The notes beneath the pieces were generated by a model. That model was given only the letters and a program-made list of their open reading frames with translations. It did no database searches and was not told the origin of the DNA. A DNA stretch of 64,000 nt from contig NC_058368.1 of the NCBI RefSeq assembly GCF_018350175.1, forward strand, positions 35,962,001 through 36,026,000, given 5' to 3'. Positions 14,124 through 26,778 of the stretch are shown piece by piece; the stretch's first letter is position 1; each line of letters starts with the position of its first letter. This DNA is from Felis catus (taxonomy: Eukaryota). Position numbers and translations under genes: made by a program.

Positions 14124-14327
14124 AGTGGCTCAGTGGCTCGGTCGGTTAAGCGTCCGACTCTAGATTTTAGCTCAGGTCATGATTTCATGGTTCACAAGTT
14201 TGAGCCCACAACAGGCTCCATACTGACAGTGTGGACTCTGTTTGAGATTCTCTCTCTCCCTCTCTCTCTGCCCCTCCCCCACTCACTCTAAGTAAATAAA
14301 CAAACCTAAAAAAAAAAAAAAAAAAAA
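14124..14327 (+). mobile_element. SINEC nested in L1, with rearranged head
   Basis: GTGGCTCAGTGGCTCGGTCGGTTAAGCG head, CT tract and A tail. ACCAGGGA occurs on both flanks. Confidence 0.9.
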
Positions 14328-15240
14328 GAATTTTGACCAGGGACATCCTTTTCTTTGCCCAATGTTAGAGGGAAAACATTCGGTTTCTTACCATTAAGTA
14401 CAATGCTAGCTGTAGTTTTTGTAGATATTCTTTATCAACTTGAGGAAGTCCCCCTCTATATTTCTAGTTTCTTGAGTTTTTTACATGAATGTCTGTTGGA
14501 TTTTATCAAATGCTTTTTCTGCATATATTAACATGATCAAATGATTTTTCTTCTTTGGCCTATAGATGTAATGGATTCTATTAACTGATTTTCAAATGTT
14601 TAACCAGTCTCCCACACCTGTAATAAATCCCGCTTGGTTGTAGTATATATTTCTTTTTTACACATTATTTGTTTGGCTTATAACATTTTGCTAAGAATTT
14701 TTGCATATGTTTTTATGAGAGATATTGGCCAATAACTTTCCTTTCTTGTAATGTCTTTGGCTTTAGCATATACCCATTTTTATCATTGTACTCCCCACCT
14801 CTGCTACCTAAGAACAAATGTTCACAAATGCCATTGTCTAACTGTGGAGATAATAATCCTGCACATTTTGCCTCTATTCCAAAAATGCAAGAACAATGCA
14901 AACTGTTGACAAAGAAGAGGTAAACAATAAATTTCCTCAACTATCAGGAACGGAGCATCTTATTCAATTTTTGATTTTTCATTTTGAAAATGCACAAAAA
15001 CAGGAGACTGGAGTAAAGCAAAGATGATTGGTAAGGTTCTTCTTGGGTGCTCCCTCTAAAGGATAGGAGGCCTGTCTACAAGCGTGGTGTTAAGGCCAAT
15101 TCTGAGAGTATGTGTTTGGGGGAAAAGAGATTTTATAGATTAGCAATGTTTTTCATGAAAATGGTGAGATGATAGCACACAAGCAGTGTATCTGCTGATC
15201 GTGAGTAAAGCCACTCTAATTCTAGTAAAAGAATATTTCT

Positions 15241-15459
15241 TTAAAAAAAAATTTTTTTTAATGTTTATTTTTGAGACAGAGGGAGACAGAGCACGAGTGG
15301 GGGAGGGTCAGAGAGAGAGGGAGACACAGAATCCGAAACAGGCTCCAGGCTCTGAGCTGTCAGCACAGAGCCCGATGCGGGGCTCGAACCCATGATCTGT
15401 GAGATCATGACCTGAGCTGAAGTCAGATGCTTAACCGACTAAGCCATCTAGGCGCCTCG
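15241..15459 (-). mobile_element. SINEC_Fc-type SINE
   Basis: TSD AAGAATATTTCT at 15229-15240 and 15460-15471. Confidence 0.95.
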
Positions 15460-16354
15460 AAGAATATTTCTAATTTACAATGATTAATAGCAGTTGAAAA
15501 AAAAACTAAGATAATATGAATACAATTTATCAAAAACATTATTTAGTAAACCCACTTAAATATTTCTTGGAAAATGCTATTGATTAAATGTGTTACTGAA
15601 TGAATCAAAGGGGTTAAAAATCCTAGATAGCTTCACGTTGCTTTGGAAGTCAACATTTCAGTGACTTAATTGGCTGGATGTAAAATAAGAATGGCATTTG
15701 TTATCTGCAAGTCTTTGGCCAAAAACTGCTTTACTTTCAAAGGGTGCCAAAATTCACTGGTGTGATTTTGCCAATCCGATAAAGAATAAAAACCTCTCTA
15801 AAATCCTTCTAAAACACAATGTAGATAGAACAGTGGATTTGTTTGGCAGAGGTCTTTCTTCAAAATAACTTCATAGAGTGAATGAAAAGGTGATATAGGA
15901 GAAGCAAAATTTCACACAAAAAGCTTCACAGTATGATCCGATCTGAGTGTAACAGGTGATAGGCAGTTATTTGTCTCCTGCTTTTTATATAATGACTGAA
16001 ACTCTATCTGTACAAGGTAGAGCCCTGAAGAATAACTCAGGACACTGGCCATCAACTTTTTTCAGTTCTGCCGTGTGCCTGAGATTCACACTCTACCCAC
16101 TCTTTTTCTTCACTATCAGGGTAATGTTGAGTTCGGCATGAAAAAAAAAAAAAAAAAACAACAACAAAAACAAAAAAAAGCAGTTTTTGGAAATATTTTC
16201 ACCCCTCATTCTTAAGTGAAGACATAGACCTGTTTTCTTTTTTGTTTTTGTTCTTGTATTGGTTGGGTTTTGCTTTTGTATGTTTGTTTCTTGGCTGGTT
16301 CCACACCACCAACCAGAGATTTTTCCATTCTGGGATAAAGTAGGGCAGAAGACA

Positions 16355-16510
16355 AAATGATTCTCAGCTCAGTTTGTGCATTAAAATCATCCAGGAGACC
16401 TCTAAGAAGCCACTAATCAAGATCCACATCCATACATGCTGAAGTAATTGATCCAATGTGGGGCTGACACATCAATATTTCTTAAAGGGCGCTCCTGGTT
16501 GAGAGTCAAT
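16355..16510. mobile_element. MER5-like hAT-Charlie fossil
   Basis: TTCTCAGCTC...GCATTAAAATCATCCAGGAG...TAATTGATCCAATGTGGGGCTG...GGTTGAGA resembles MER5. Confidence 0.5.
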
Positions 16511-19500
16511 GTCCTACAGGAAGAACTGTTCACAGTTTCAAGAAATCACTCACTGGAGTTGGTGGAGGCATCAATCAAAAAGGAAATGAAATGGCTGGTT
16601 TTTGTTCTGTGTTGTTTTTCTCCTTCAAAGATTTTCCTCATCACAGCTTTGGTTAGCTTTATTCTACTTTGGTTAGCCTGAGCTTATAAAAAGAATATAC
16701 AGGATATCAGATACAAATTTCATGTACTTCAATGAACAAAAAAAAAAAAAAAAAAAAAAAAGTCTTTTAAATGGAAAAAAAATCAAACTCAAGAGGAGAC
16801 AAAAACCAATCTTGCCTGCCACTTCCCAACCCTTTAACACCTAACTTCCGACTATCCTAAACTCCCGTTACTACATGTCCTTTGAGGACTTCACCTTTGA
16901 GGTGAACTCACTGTATGTTCTACTGCCAACGAGAAGAGAGAAGTTTTCCTACAACGTGATAATACTGATCAATTTATAATGGAATCAGCAATTACTTGTT
17001 TCTGCAATTTCCCCCCCAAAATAGCTAACACTGACAAAAGTCAGTTATTACACTTTGTAAACTCTTCCAAAATTTATATCTACTATCCCAATACAATGTA
17101 ATTACTTAGAACAAAGAGTTATATTTTATAACTACATCATCCAGTTGTACTGATTGGGATAATTTGTAACTTGGAAATTACTTATCATTAGACATTAGGA
17201 AATATTAAACACATGCTATAGCCATAGTATATGGATTGATAATACCTGTTGTTGTTTTTTTTTTAATTTACAAGGTAAAAATCCTCTCATAGATTTTAAT
17301 ATAGTGTTAAACTTTGATGATTGGGTCAACTCATTCTTTTGCTAGAACACTGATCTACTTGGAGAAAGAAGAAAAAAAAGATCTTTGCATCACCAATAGG
17401 TTCTCTAAGAAAATTAACTTCAACACTAATCACATGTAAATTTTTTCTAGGTGGGCATTTTGGTGAGGAAATCACCTACCATTTACTGATTGAATTTCTA
17501 AGGATACGGATTTGCATTTAATCAATAGCAGGTCCTGAAAAAAGAATATAATCTCCAATTTTTATCTAGTCTAGCAATATCTTTGGCGGACTTTATGAAT
17601 GACAAGAAGTTCATCCATTCTTTTACATATTCTAACGTTTACCCTTTTAAATAGTCAAGCCATCCGAAACCAAGGTATTTATACCATTTTACTTAAACTA
17701 GAAATAGCATTATGTAACTGAAGAGTATATTTGTATCTTTCCACGAGGGTTCCCTTGATGTGTCAAACCCTACCAGGCTCTGGCCCATACTCCTAAGGAA
17801 AGGATAGGGGGAGGGGAGGGAAAAATGGTTCTAAAAGAAAGATCCTAATGTAACGGATTCATTCATTTATTGTTTTAAAGAACACAGCTCAATGTCGTAT
17901 TTTTCTAACAATACACGTGCAAATTTTCTTGTGAAGTTCAGCTTTGGCAAAGGAGGAGAAACCTCTTAGTTCACAAAAAGTTTCACGACCATGTCTGTAC
18001 TTCACTTTTACCACCAGAAAGCCTCTAAAAATCTACTTTAATTTTTATTTACATCTTAATAGAAACTTGCTTATGTTTACCTTGTTTCTTATATTTTATT
18101 TTTACATTTATTTAACAGAGGCCACATCCAATCTTTAGGGTAAAAAAACCCACGTGATCCTTTTCCCTCTGAACTCAGAGCTATTATATTTAGCTACCTC
18201 CATTATAAAGGTATGCAAAGATGTAATACAGCCCTTAAAATTAAACTATAATCTATATAGATTTCACAATTCATAGAATTATTTATAAAGGATGAAAAGT
18301 TAACAAGTTAGTAGAACTCCATGTACTTCTCATAGTAGAGCTAAATTTACAAAGGGTATTTAAAAGTAAAGGTTTTGAATATAGAATATTAGATGTCATA
18401 TAATTACCCAGCATGTTTTAACAAATTAAAATATTACCCTTTCTACTGTCAAATACATATGGAATTCCTTTTATGGGGGCTTATCACCAAACCAAATGCT
18501 TTATACTCAGTGTGAAAATTCAATCACAATTGTCAAAGATCAAGCTGCTACTTCTGATAACGTACATGATGAGATATCATCTTGTTCAATATAAGCTTTC
18601 AACTTGACATGTAGGCTAATAAAAAATATAAAGTTGTAGTATTTATTTTCTTTCTTGCACAACAGAAGAATCCTAAGAGGGATGGTCAAAATATCTAGTA
18701 TCGTTGCCTGAAAATACAGTCAACTCTTATCTGGAGACAGATTAACTGGTTTACAGATTAGCTGTAGTAAAATAATAGCAGCATGCATTGCTTTTGTAAA
18801 AGATTTTTAAATTATTATGCAGCAGCCACTGTCTAGCAGTATGAGAGAATGCCTACTCTAACTACATAAAAGGCACAACTTGGTGTCCATTTTGTCTGGT
18901 GCACTGTCATTTATTGAGTATTTGCTATGCACCAGGCACTGTATTAGGCTATTCTACCTCATCACTCAGACCTAATCTCTTGTCAACAGCTCCCTTTCGA
19001 GGAAGTGTATGAGGGAGTCGACTGCAGTTCTGAGACACAAACTCTACAGAAGAAAAGACCCTTAGCACTAAGAAACAAATTTCAGTTGATTTGTAGGTGT
19101 AAACTTCTCCCCAACTTTGCTCTTCATCCTGTTTTTCTTCCTTTGCTTCCTTTCTCAGGGAAAGCCTGAGAAAGGCTTGCCTCTGCTTGCCTCCTTGCCC
19201 TTCCACCTCCAAGTTCATTATCAACACTCCAACAGTTCCCTAGATATTCCTTAAATGTGCATACTCCCCTCCCCCCGCCCCTCCCATCCTACCCCAAGTC
19301 CTTTTCCCACTACCCTAGCCTGCACTTCCATTGTCTCAAAGTACCTTCACTGTTTCATAACGGACAAATATTTGCTAAATAGTTAAAGCAGCTTCCATCA
19401 GATTCCCTTTAAGACACTGAGGTAAACAAGGGGTAGGAAACACTAAAAATAGCCTGAACTCAATCACTTTTGAGCAACCACATCACACATGTCAGTATCG

Positions 19501-19654
19501 AGGAGTTATCTTTGATCTCTCCTTTTTCCCTTCATCTTCCCTATCTATCTTCTCCGCTTGAGTTCCTCAGTCCACTCTCCTAGATCACGTGCTACATACG
19601 TCAGTCAGTCAGTCAGTCAGTCAGAGAACCTCTCCCAGCTATAACCCTCTACCC

Positions 19655-19845
19655 CAGTGCTGTCCAGTAGAATTTTCTACAGTGATGGAAAATGCGCTAT
19701 ATTTATGCTGCCAACACGTATGGACACTTATTGGCTTGAAACATAGCTAGTGTGCCTGAGGCACTTGCTAAGTTTATTTAAATTTTAGTTAATTTAAATG
19801 TAAATAGCCACATATGGCTAATGGTGACAGTACTGGACAGGGCAC
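19655..19845. mobile_element. MER3-like hAT-Charlie MITE
   Basis: Terminal inverted repeats CAGTGCTGTCCAGTA ... TACTGGACAG. Internal AAATAGCCACATATGGCTAATGG. Confidence 0.75.
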
Positions 19846-20635
19846 CTTAACTTTCTTCCACACTGCTATTAGAATTATGTTCTCACGAGACGTCTCTGAT
19901 ATCATCACTTCTACTAAAAACTAACAGGTTTCCATAAATCTTCACCATAAGGAATGGCGTTGAAGGTGCTTTCCAATGTAGACCAATTTACTATTTCATT
20001 TGCCTGTTCGCCATTCCTCTCCCGTCTAGGCTTTCCATCACTTGGTGTACTCACATACGCCGTGAAATGACCCTTCATGCAAACTGATGGATTTAGCTTA
20101 GAACGCCTTTTCGTCTCAGGGAACATCCACTCGCACTTCCAGACTCAGCTCAAATTCCTTCTCCAAATGCTTAACTGTCCCCTCCTAATTGTGCTAGCCT
20201 CTCTCTCTCAACTCTGTTGCCATAACTTTTTGTATACAGCTCTATTAAAAAAATTAATAATAATTAATGGTGAAAAACGGGGGTTCATATATGCCGGGTA
20301 AATAAGTACATCCATTCAATGGGATGACCAGGTCAAGCATTTGGCACAGAATAAGCAAGCACTCTACAAATGTGTAGAGTCTTCAATACATGTATTATGA
20401 ATTGCACCTCCCATGCTAGGGATCTTAACTGAATACATCAAGCTCAGGAACTGAGAGGAAAATAAAAAGATGGAGTTGGGGTGGGGCAAGCTCACAGGTG
20501 CTGATACCAACTGGAGGCTTAGGTCAGGAACACTGTATAAGGCAAGTCTCGAAAGCACTGGGAGATTATTCAAGCCAACCCACAGCTAAAACTGAACTTG
20601 CTTCTCATCTTCCCTATCTCACTGGCAACGGCAAC

Positions 20636-20854
20636 ACTGGTTTCCCCTGCTACCCGAAAGTAGAGTGTCCCCACGAAACCTTTCATTTGGCCTTTAAGCC
20701 AAATGGCATAAAGCAAAAAAGCAATCCCCATTTTGCAAAAGCGAAAATCCTCTTCGGATTTCAGTTTGAAAAGAGGTTACATACATGCTAATGTAGGTCT
20801 TTCAGAAAAATCAAGTGGTATAAAGCAAACTTCTGGATAGCGGGGAAAATCAGT
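20636..20854. mobile_element. Tigger (TcMar)-type non-autonomous element
   Basis: About 26-bp imperfect terminal inverted repeats ACTGGTTTCCCCTGCTACCCGAAAGT ... ACTTCTGGATAGCGGGGAAAATCAGT. The body resembles recalled laurasiatherian Tigger MITEs. Confidence 0.65.
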
Positions 20855-21639
20855 CATCAAATTCCTTAATCAGGTGGTATAGATGTTAGCAGGTCAAGAA
20901 CAAAAGAAGGCTTTTCTTGTGACGTGTAACAAGAAGAATTCATTGTAAGCAGATCAATAAAGCACTATTGCTATGGCCCTCTTCCTAGGAAAGAACTCTG
21001 TTATATGAAAACAGTGAATATATTTGCCGTAACAGTATTTAACATGTGGAAGAACTCAGGAGGAAAAAAAAAATCTCTAAACTTACTCAATTTTCACATC
21101 CTTTAAAATTATATTTAGATAGAAACATTTCAAAATCATCAGTGATACCCGAGGTATGTCTGTCTATTCCTACTAAGGGAATTTCCCCCTTTATATAAAG
21201 CAGTCTCACTCTTTTCTCCCTTTAGTCAGCTTGCAAAAAATGAAACAAAACAAAAACACACAGAACTATTTAAATAGGTAAAGTAAAAACTGAAGCGACA
21301 ATCTTAAGCAATTCTCAATATGTATATACCACCATTTGCAGTCACTTGAATTGAATATTAGATTTAAATATTTTGATGTTCCATTTCATTAGGTTGGGAA
21401 AGCATAGGTTTATGACATAATTCTGTTATTAAACAAAATCCTTCAGTTGGATTCGCAGATCAGAGAAAATTAATATTTGGATTTAGCTCAGAGGTTGAGT
21501 AAATTAACTCAGTTCACTCTGGGTTTGGGTCCATGGTTTGGTTCAAATTCTCGATAATGAGCACATCAAAATAAAAATATTTAAATAATGTAATCAGGGC
21601 TGACATTTAAGAATGAGTGTCCAGGCAAATATGTGTTTA

Positions 21640-21948
<309 letters not shown>

Positions 21949-23450
21949 TTAGTACTGTACGACTGCAAGTAATCTGGGATGATTTATTGGTATGACAGTG
22001 CCGAGGAAGCAATATGTCCCTTAAAACTGATAGCAGGGAGAGAGAGAAAAGCCTTGCTTGTTTTTGTGAGCAATCAAGAGTCATCCCTCAAAGAAAAAAT
22101 TAACAATTTAGATGCTCGGGGAAAAGAAAGCTTTAATTAAATGACAAAGTTAAAGTGATAAGGTACATATAATTTTTCAACAAAGACTAAATTTTAAAAA
22201 AGGTGGCAGGGTATAGAGGCAACAAATGACAAAGCATTTCTCTCATTAATTTTTGTTCAACACTGGAAAAGGTTGGGTCATGTTTAAAACATTCAGAAAG
22301 GTCTAAAGAGGGTTTGTTTTCTTCAAATAGCAACTGCTGTCCTCAGAAGCCCCGCTGACTAACAGTATGTGTTAGATGGAGGGAAAGTAAATAGGTCCCA
22401 ATTTGTACTAAATTGACTTTCTAGAGAAACACAGAGAAGTAGAATGACTCCTGACACACACTAAATTAGCAGAGTGGATGTTAAGGAACATGGGCGTAGC
22501 CAGAGCCAGAAGCCATGCAAAGCTATGGGTCCATCAGATGCCAAGTTAACCCTGTTTGGGACTCTGCGTTCCCTTGTTGGGAGCGTGGGGGCTGAAGATG
22601 TTGCAAAGAACAAAAAGCCTAGAGAGTCAGCAAGTTCTTGCCTTAAACTTACTCCCCTGTGTTCTATCACAGGGGAGAAGAGCCATTTAACTGAAGGCTG
22701 GAGACAAAGGGCATTTAAGCTGTGTATGAATTCACTGACCAAACGTGCTAGGGATTGAGACTTTAAACACATTGATGATGCAGTAACAGTAAACCTATTG
22801 AACTTCAACAGCTATTATAAATAAAAGCAGTGTGAGGCAAGGTCAGGAAAAAAACAAAAACAAAAAACAAACAACCAACAGTGACACAACACCTTACGGT
22901 TAAAATAGGGAATAGGTCTGTTAGTCACAGAGTATAAAAGAAAACGTAAAGAACAATGTCACACAGAGCTTATAGGATTTCTGTTCAGGAGACAGAAGAC
23001 TATCTGCTAATAATACAATGGCTGCTGTTTAAAGTTAAACAGACCAGACAAAAGCCTGGATTTATTAGATCCAAAAAGATATTAGATCCAAAAGGATACT
23101 TGCTTGGACATAACAATACAGCCCAGCATACTCATCTAACAAGAACTGAGCAGTAAGGAGTTAACTCTCAGCAGATACATCTTCAGATGGACCAAATCCT
23201 TACAGTGATTGAGAAGTTTCTTAGCAAATAATATAAATATCTAATTCGCATTTAGTATTCTCTCCAGTCACCTGATGTTTTAATGTTTAAGTGGACACAG
23301 CCAAGATTCTAAGAGTTTGACTGACGTAGTTAATTGCCCTCCACACAGAACTTTTGAAAAGGTCTTAAAATTCTGAGTTCAAGGAATGTCTTCAAATTTG
23401 CCTGTCTAGGGGAAACATTTTTTTTCTTCTTACAAGAAAGTAAAAAGGGT

Positions 23451-23659
23451 GGGGTGCCTGGGTGGCTCAGTGGGTTGAGCGTCTGACTCTTGATTTCGGC
23501 TCAGGTCGGGATCTCGCGGTTTGTGGAATCGAGCGAGGCCTATGGAAGGCTCTGCACTGACAGTAGGGAGTCTGCTTAGGATTCCCTCTCTCCCTCTGTC
23601 CGCCCCTCCGCTGCTCATGCGCTCGCACTCTCTCAAAATAAACAAACATTGAAACAAAA
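23451..23659 (+). mobile_element. SINEC
   Basis: GGGGTGCCTGGGTGGCTCAG head. AAAGTAAAAAG at 23437-23447 and 23660-23670. Confidence 0.94.
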
Positions 23660-23892
23660 AAAGTAAAAAGACTATAAGCTCCAAAAAGACGTAAGAACAA
23701 AACAAGAATAAGAACAAAACAAGAATAACGGTTTCATAGAATACATTTAGTATAAAATTTTAGAAAGATAAAATGAAGCCCGGTTAGAATGTCAATTGTT
23801 AGTAGGCATGAATCCTTCTGTTTGGGCACTATATGTGCAGCTACACTGAGCCAAACAGTGATTACTTCTCATATAACGTCATTTCACGTGTC

Positions 23893-24116
23893 TTTTCTTT
23901 TCTTTTTAATTTTTTTTTTAACGTTTATTTTTGAGACAGAGAGAGACAGAGCATGATTGGGGGAGGGTCAGAGAGAGGGAGACACAGAATCTGAAACAGG
24001 CTTCAGGCTCTGAGCTGTCGGCACAGAGCCCCATGTGGGGCTCGAACTCACAGACCGCGAGATCATGACCTGAGCCGAAGTCGGCCGCTTAACCGACTGA
24101 GCCACCCAGGTGCCCC
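23893..24116 (-). mobile_element. SINEC_Fc-type SINE
   Basis: T tail, GA tract, ends GCCACCCAGGTGCCCC. Confidence 0.95.
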
Positions 24117-25333
24117 CAAATGTGCCTTAAATGCTCCCAAATAAACTAAATTCTCTAAATTTTTATGCTTAACCATTGCAAATGGTATTCACATTATATT
24201 GGGCCAACTCTGTATTAGTGCTCTATTCCATTTAATATACCCTCTAGAATAGTAAGGTAGAGGACTCATGTGAGTACACGTGGTTATGGCCATTCAAAAG
24301 GTGTATGATGCTCCCGTGGCATGTTTTCAACCTGTGCCCTTATTCATGATAGTTTGTTACTTTGCCGTAAACATGAGAAGTATCCCAGGAAAATATTATT
24401 ACAAAATATATTAATTTTAACCTATATTAATGTACTAATTTATGCACAAAGAGAAAAAAAACTGCTTAAATGCCTCGATTATACTGTCCCCAAATATGTT
24501 AAAGCTTTCCTGCTGACAAGCTAACCATATGTAGCCAGGATAAAGTAATTAATTTTCCTAGAAAAATATAACCTAGATTTGTATGAGTAATGAGTTTACC
24601 TGGCACTAGGGACAGGTACCTTGAAAAGACAGAGTAAGTGTATGATGTAATGCAGAACAAAATGCTATGAATTCATGAAAAACCCTGACAAAGCCAGGAA
24701 ACCTAAAAACACATTTTAGAGCAACATCTTTTAAAATCAGATGTCCTTTCCATATTGTTCTTTCTTCCAAATTTCAAAGAGGATTTAGACTAATAAAAAA
24801 TAAATGTATTTTAGTGAACAAAAATCACTGAGCTGGAAAAGAACCCGAGAGATCACCTGGAACTCATTCTGGTCTTCAGTCTACTATTGAATAGCCTACT
24901 CTGATCCTGCAGGACACATGGCTGTCCCCATTATTTCAAAACAAAAGTCTTAAAGTACACTAACAATCTAAGGTCTAGATCTTGGGATCTGTGATAAGAA
25001 TAGCAGGGTTCTTTTTGTCATTAATCAAATCAGAGTCTTTCCTCATATAGGATCAAAGAATGAAAAGTTTAAAAATCAGAAAAAATATATATATTTTTTA
25101 TTCTTGAAGAACGTCTGTTTCTTCATTACTTCACATGATCTGTCAACACAGGATTTGTGTTCCGTTTGCTTACTAAGGAATCTCTCACTTGTCTGCTCCA
25201 GGCGAGGCTGAATGCAGAAATGAGGAGCTATGGTGCTCCAAATAATGCTCTCAATGGTAAGAGAGTCACTAAAAAAGAGGAGGAGAAAGAGAAGAAGGTT
25301 ATGAAAGTTTAACTGTGAGACAGTTAATAATGA

Positions 25334-25546
25334 AGGGTGCCTGGCTGGCTCAGCTGGTTCAGGGCCCAACTCTTGATTTCGGCTCAGGTCATGATTTGTG
25401 AGATTGAGCCCCGAGTCTGGCTCTGTGCTGACAGCGTGGAGTCTGCGTGGGACTCCCTCTCCCTCTCCCTCTCTCTCTGCCCCTCCCCTGCTCACGCTTG
25501 TGCGTGCTCTTTCTCTCTCAAAATAAATAAACATTTGGGGAAAAAA
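25334..25546 (+). mobile_element. SINEC
   Basis: TSD AGACAGTTAATAA at 25318-25330 and 25547-25559. Confidence 0.94.
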
Positions 25547-26488
25547 AGACAGTTAATAAATTAGAACTTAACTTTCACAGAGTTATCCTTTCAACTGATC
25601 GATACCTAGTCTTAGTAACATAAAGTCACATCAGCAAACTCTGACAATAGGGAGTTGTAATCTGAAGATCAATCTGAAGGCATAAAAAAGAAAGTGAAAA
25701 TACTTTAACTGTTATTTGAAAGCAGGGGGCAGTGTTCCTGCAATGTCCCCACCCCATAATTAGAGATGTTCCATGCCAAATAAAAAAAAAAACTTTAAAG
25801 CAGTGACTGGTGAAAATCAATCAAGAATATCCAGAAGTCTAAGGGTAATTTTTATGTCACACCTCTGTTTGTTGGCAACATTAAGTGCTGTCAGAGGAGA
25901 GACAAGCGAGATGAAAGAACTTGAGAAAATAATAAAGCAACAGGTACGGACTGGATGCCCAAGTCATGACTGCCACCCTTGGATCATCTGATTCTTTCCA
26001 TCTGTCTCAAAGGGCAAAAAGTAGACAAAGGGCAAAAAGGAAGATGTAATCTTGCATCATCTCATTATGATTATGTTTTTGCACATAATTTTAATGCCAT
26101 CCATTGTTTTATGGGGGAAACAACAGAATCCATTAGACATTTTTATACCAACCATGTCTAATACCATATCTGGTTCTCTTTAATTTCTTTAATAGATAAG
26201 AGATATTCAGGATCCAGCTTATTCGAAACTTGGCGCATTCCCCGCCCCCACCCTCCGCCCTTCTCGCCTGCAGACTTGCACAGGCTCGCCTGAAAAGAAA
26301 TCTTAGTACATGCGCAGCATCTTTGTTATTCTTCCCTAAAGTCACTATGGAACTATTTTAACCATCCATTTACCTAACACTACAAGTAACCAACTGACTG
26401 AAAAGACACTCACTTTCATCTGAACTGACTGGCTACTCTAAACCTTTATTTCATATATTTTGTACATGTATCGGGAATAACAGAACAA

Positions 26489-26778
26489 AATAAGTCAGTC
26501 AGAGAAAGACAGATACCATATGTCTTCACTCATATGTGGATCTTGAGAAACTTCACAGAAGACCATGGGGGAGGGGAAGGGGAAAAAAAAGTTACTGAGT
26601 GGGAGGGAGTCAAACCATAAGAGACTCTTGGATACTGAGAACAAACTGAGGGTTGATGGGGAGTGGGAGGGAGGGGAAAGTGGGTGATGGGCATTGAGGA
26701 GGGCACCTGTAGGGATGAGCACTGGGTGTTGTATGGAAACCAGTTTGACAATAAATTATATTTAAAAAAAAAAAAAAA
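26489..26778 (+). mobile_element. 5'-truncated young felid L1 (3' UTR plus poly-A)
   Basis: AAATAAGTCAGTCAGAGAAAGACAGATACCATATG...GATGAGCACTGGGTGTTGTATG...AATAAA followed by an A tail. Perfect 15-bp TSD GGAATAACAGAACAA at 26474-26488 and 26779-26793. Confidence 0.93.

Larger units (their letters stand above)
11470..14770 (-). mobile_element. Old L1 (L1MC-like) 3' UTR plus ORF2 3' half, with three nested SINEs
   Basis: 3' end AGCAGTTTCAACTTTACAGAAAAA...AGCAGAAAATACAGAGCTCCCATATACCC. ORF-track fragments such as ICRFHAILIKIPASYF...LDFKNYKAAIIK (13402-13644) are degenerate L1 ORF2. Confidence 0.85.

Noticed and set aside
15960..16180. Possible short processed retrocopy ending in the A tract at 16141
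   Set aside because: No convincing TSD, polyadenylation signal or recognisable parent sequence.
23064..23725. Two separate 17-bp tandem duplications (23064-23097 and 23692-23725)
   Set aside because: Ordinary slippage duplications, two copies each with no spacers, so not CRISPR-like.
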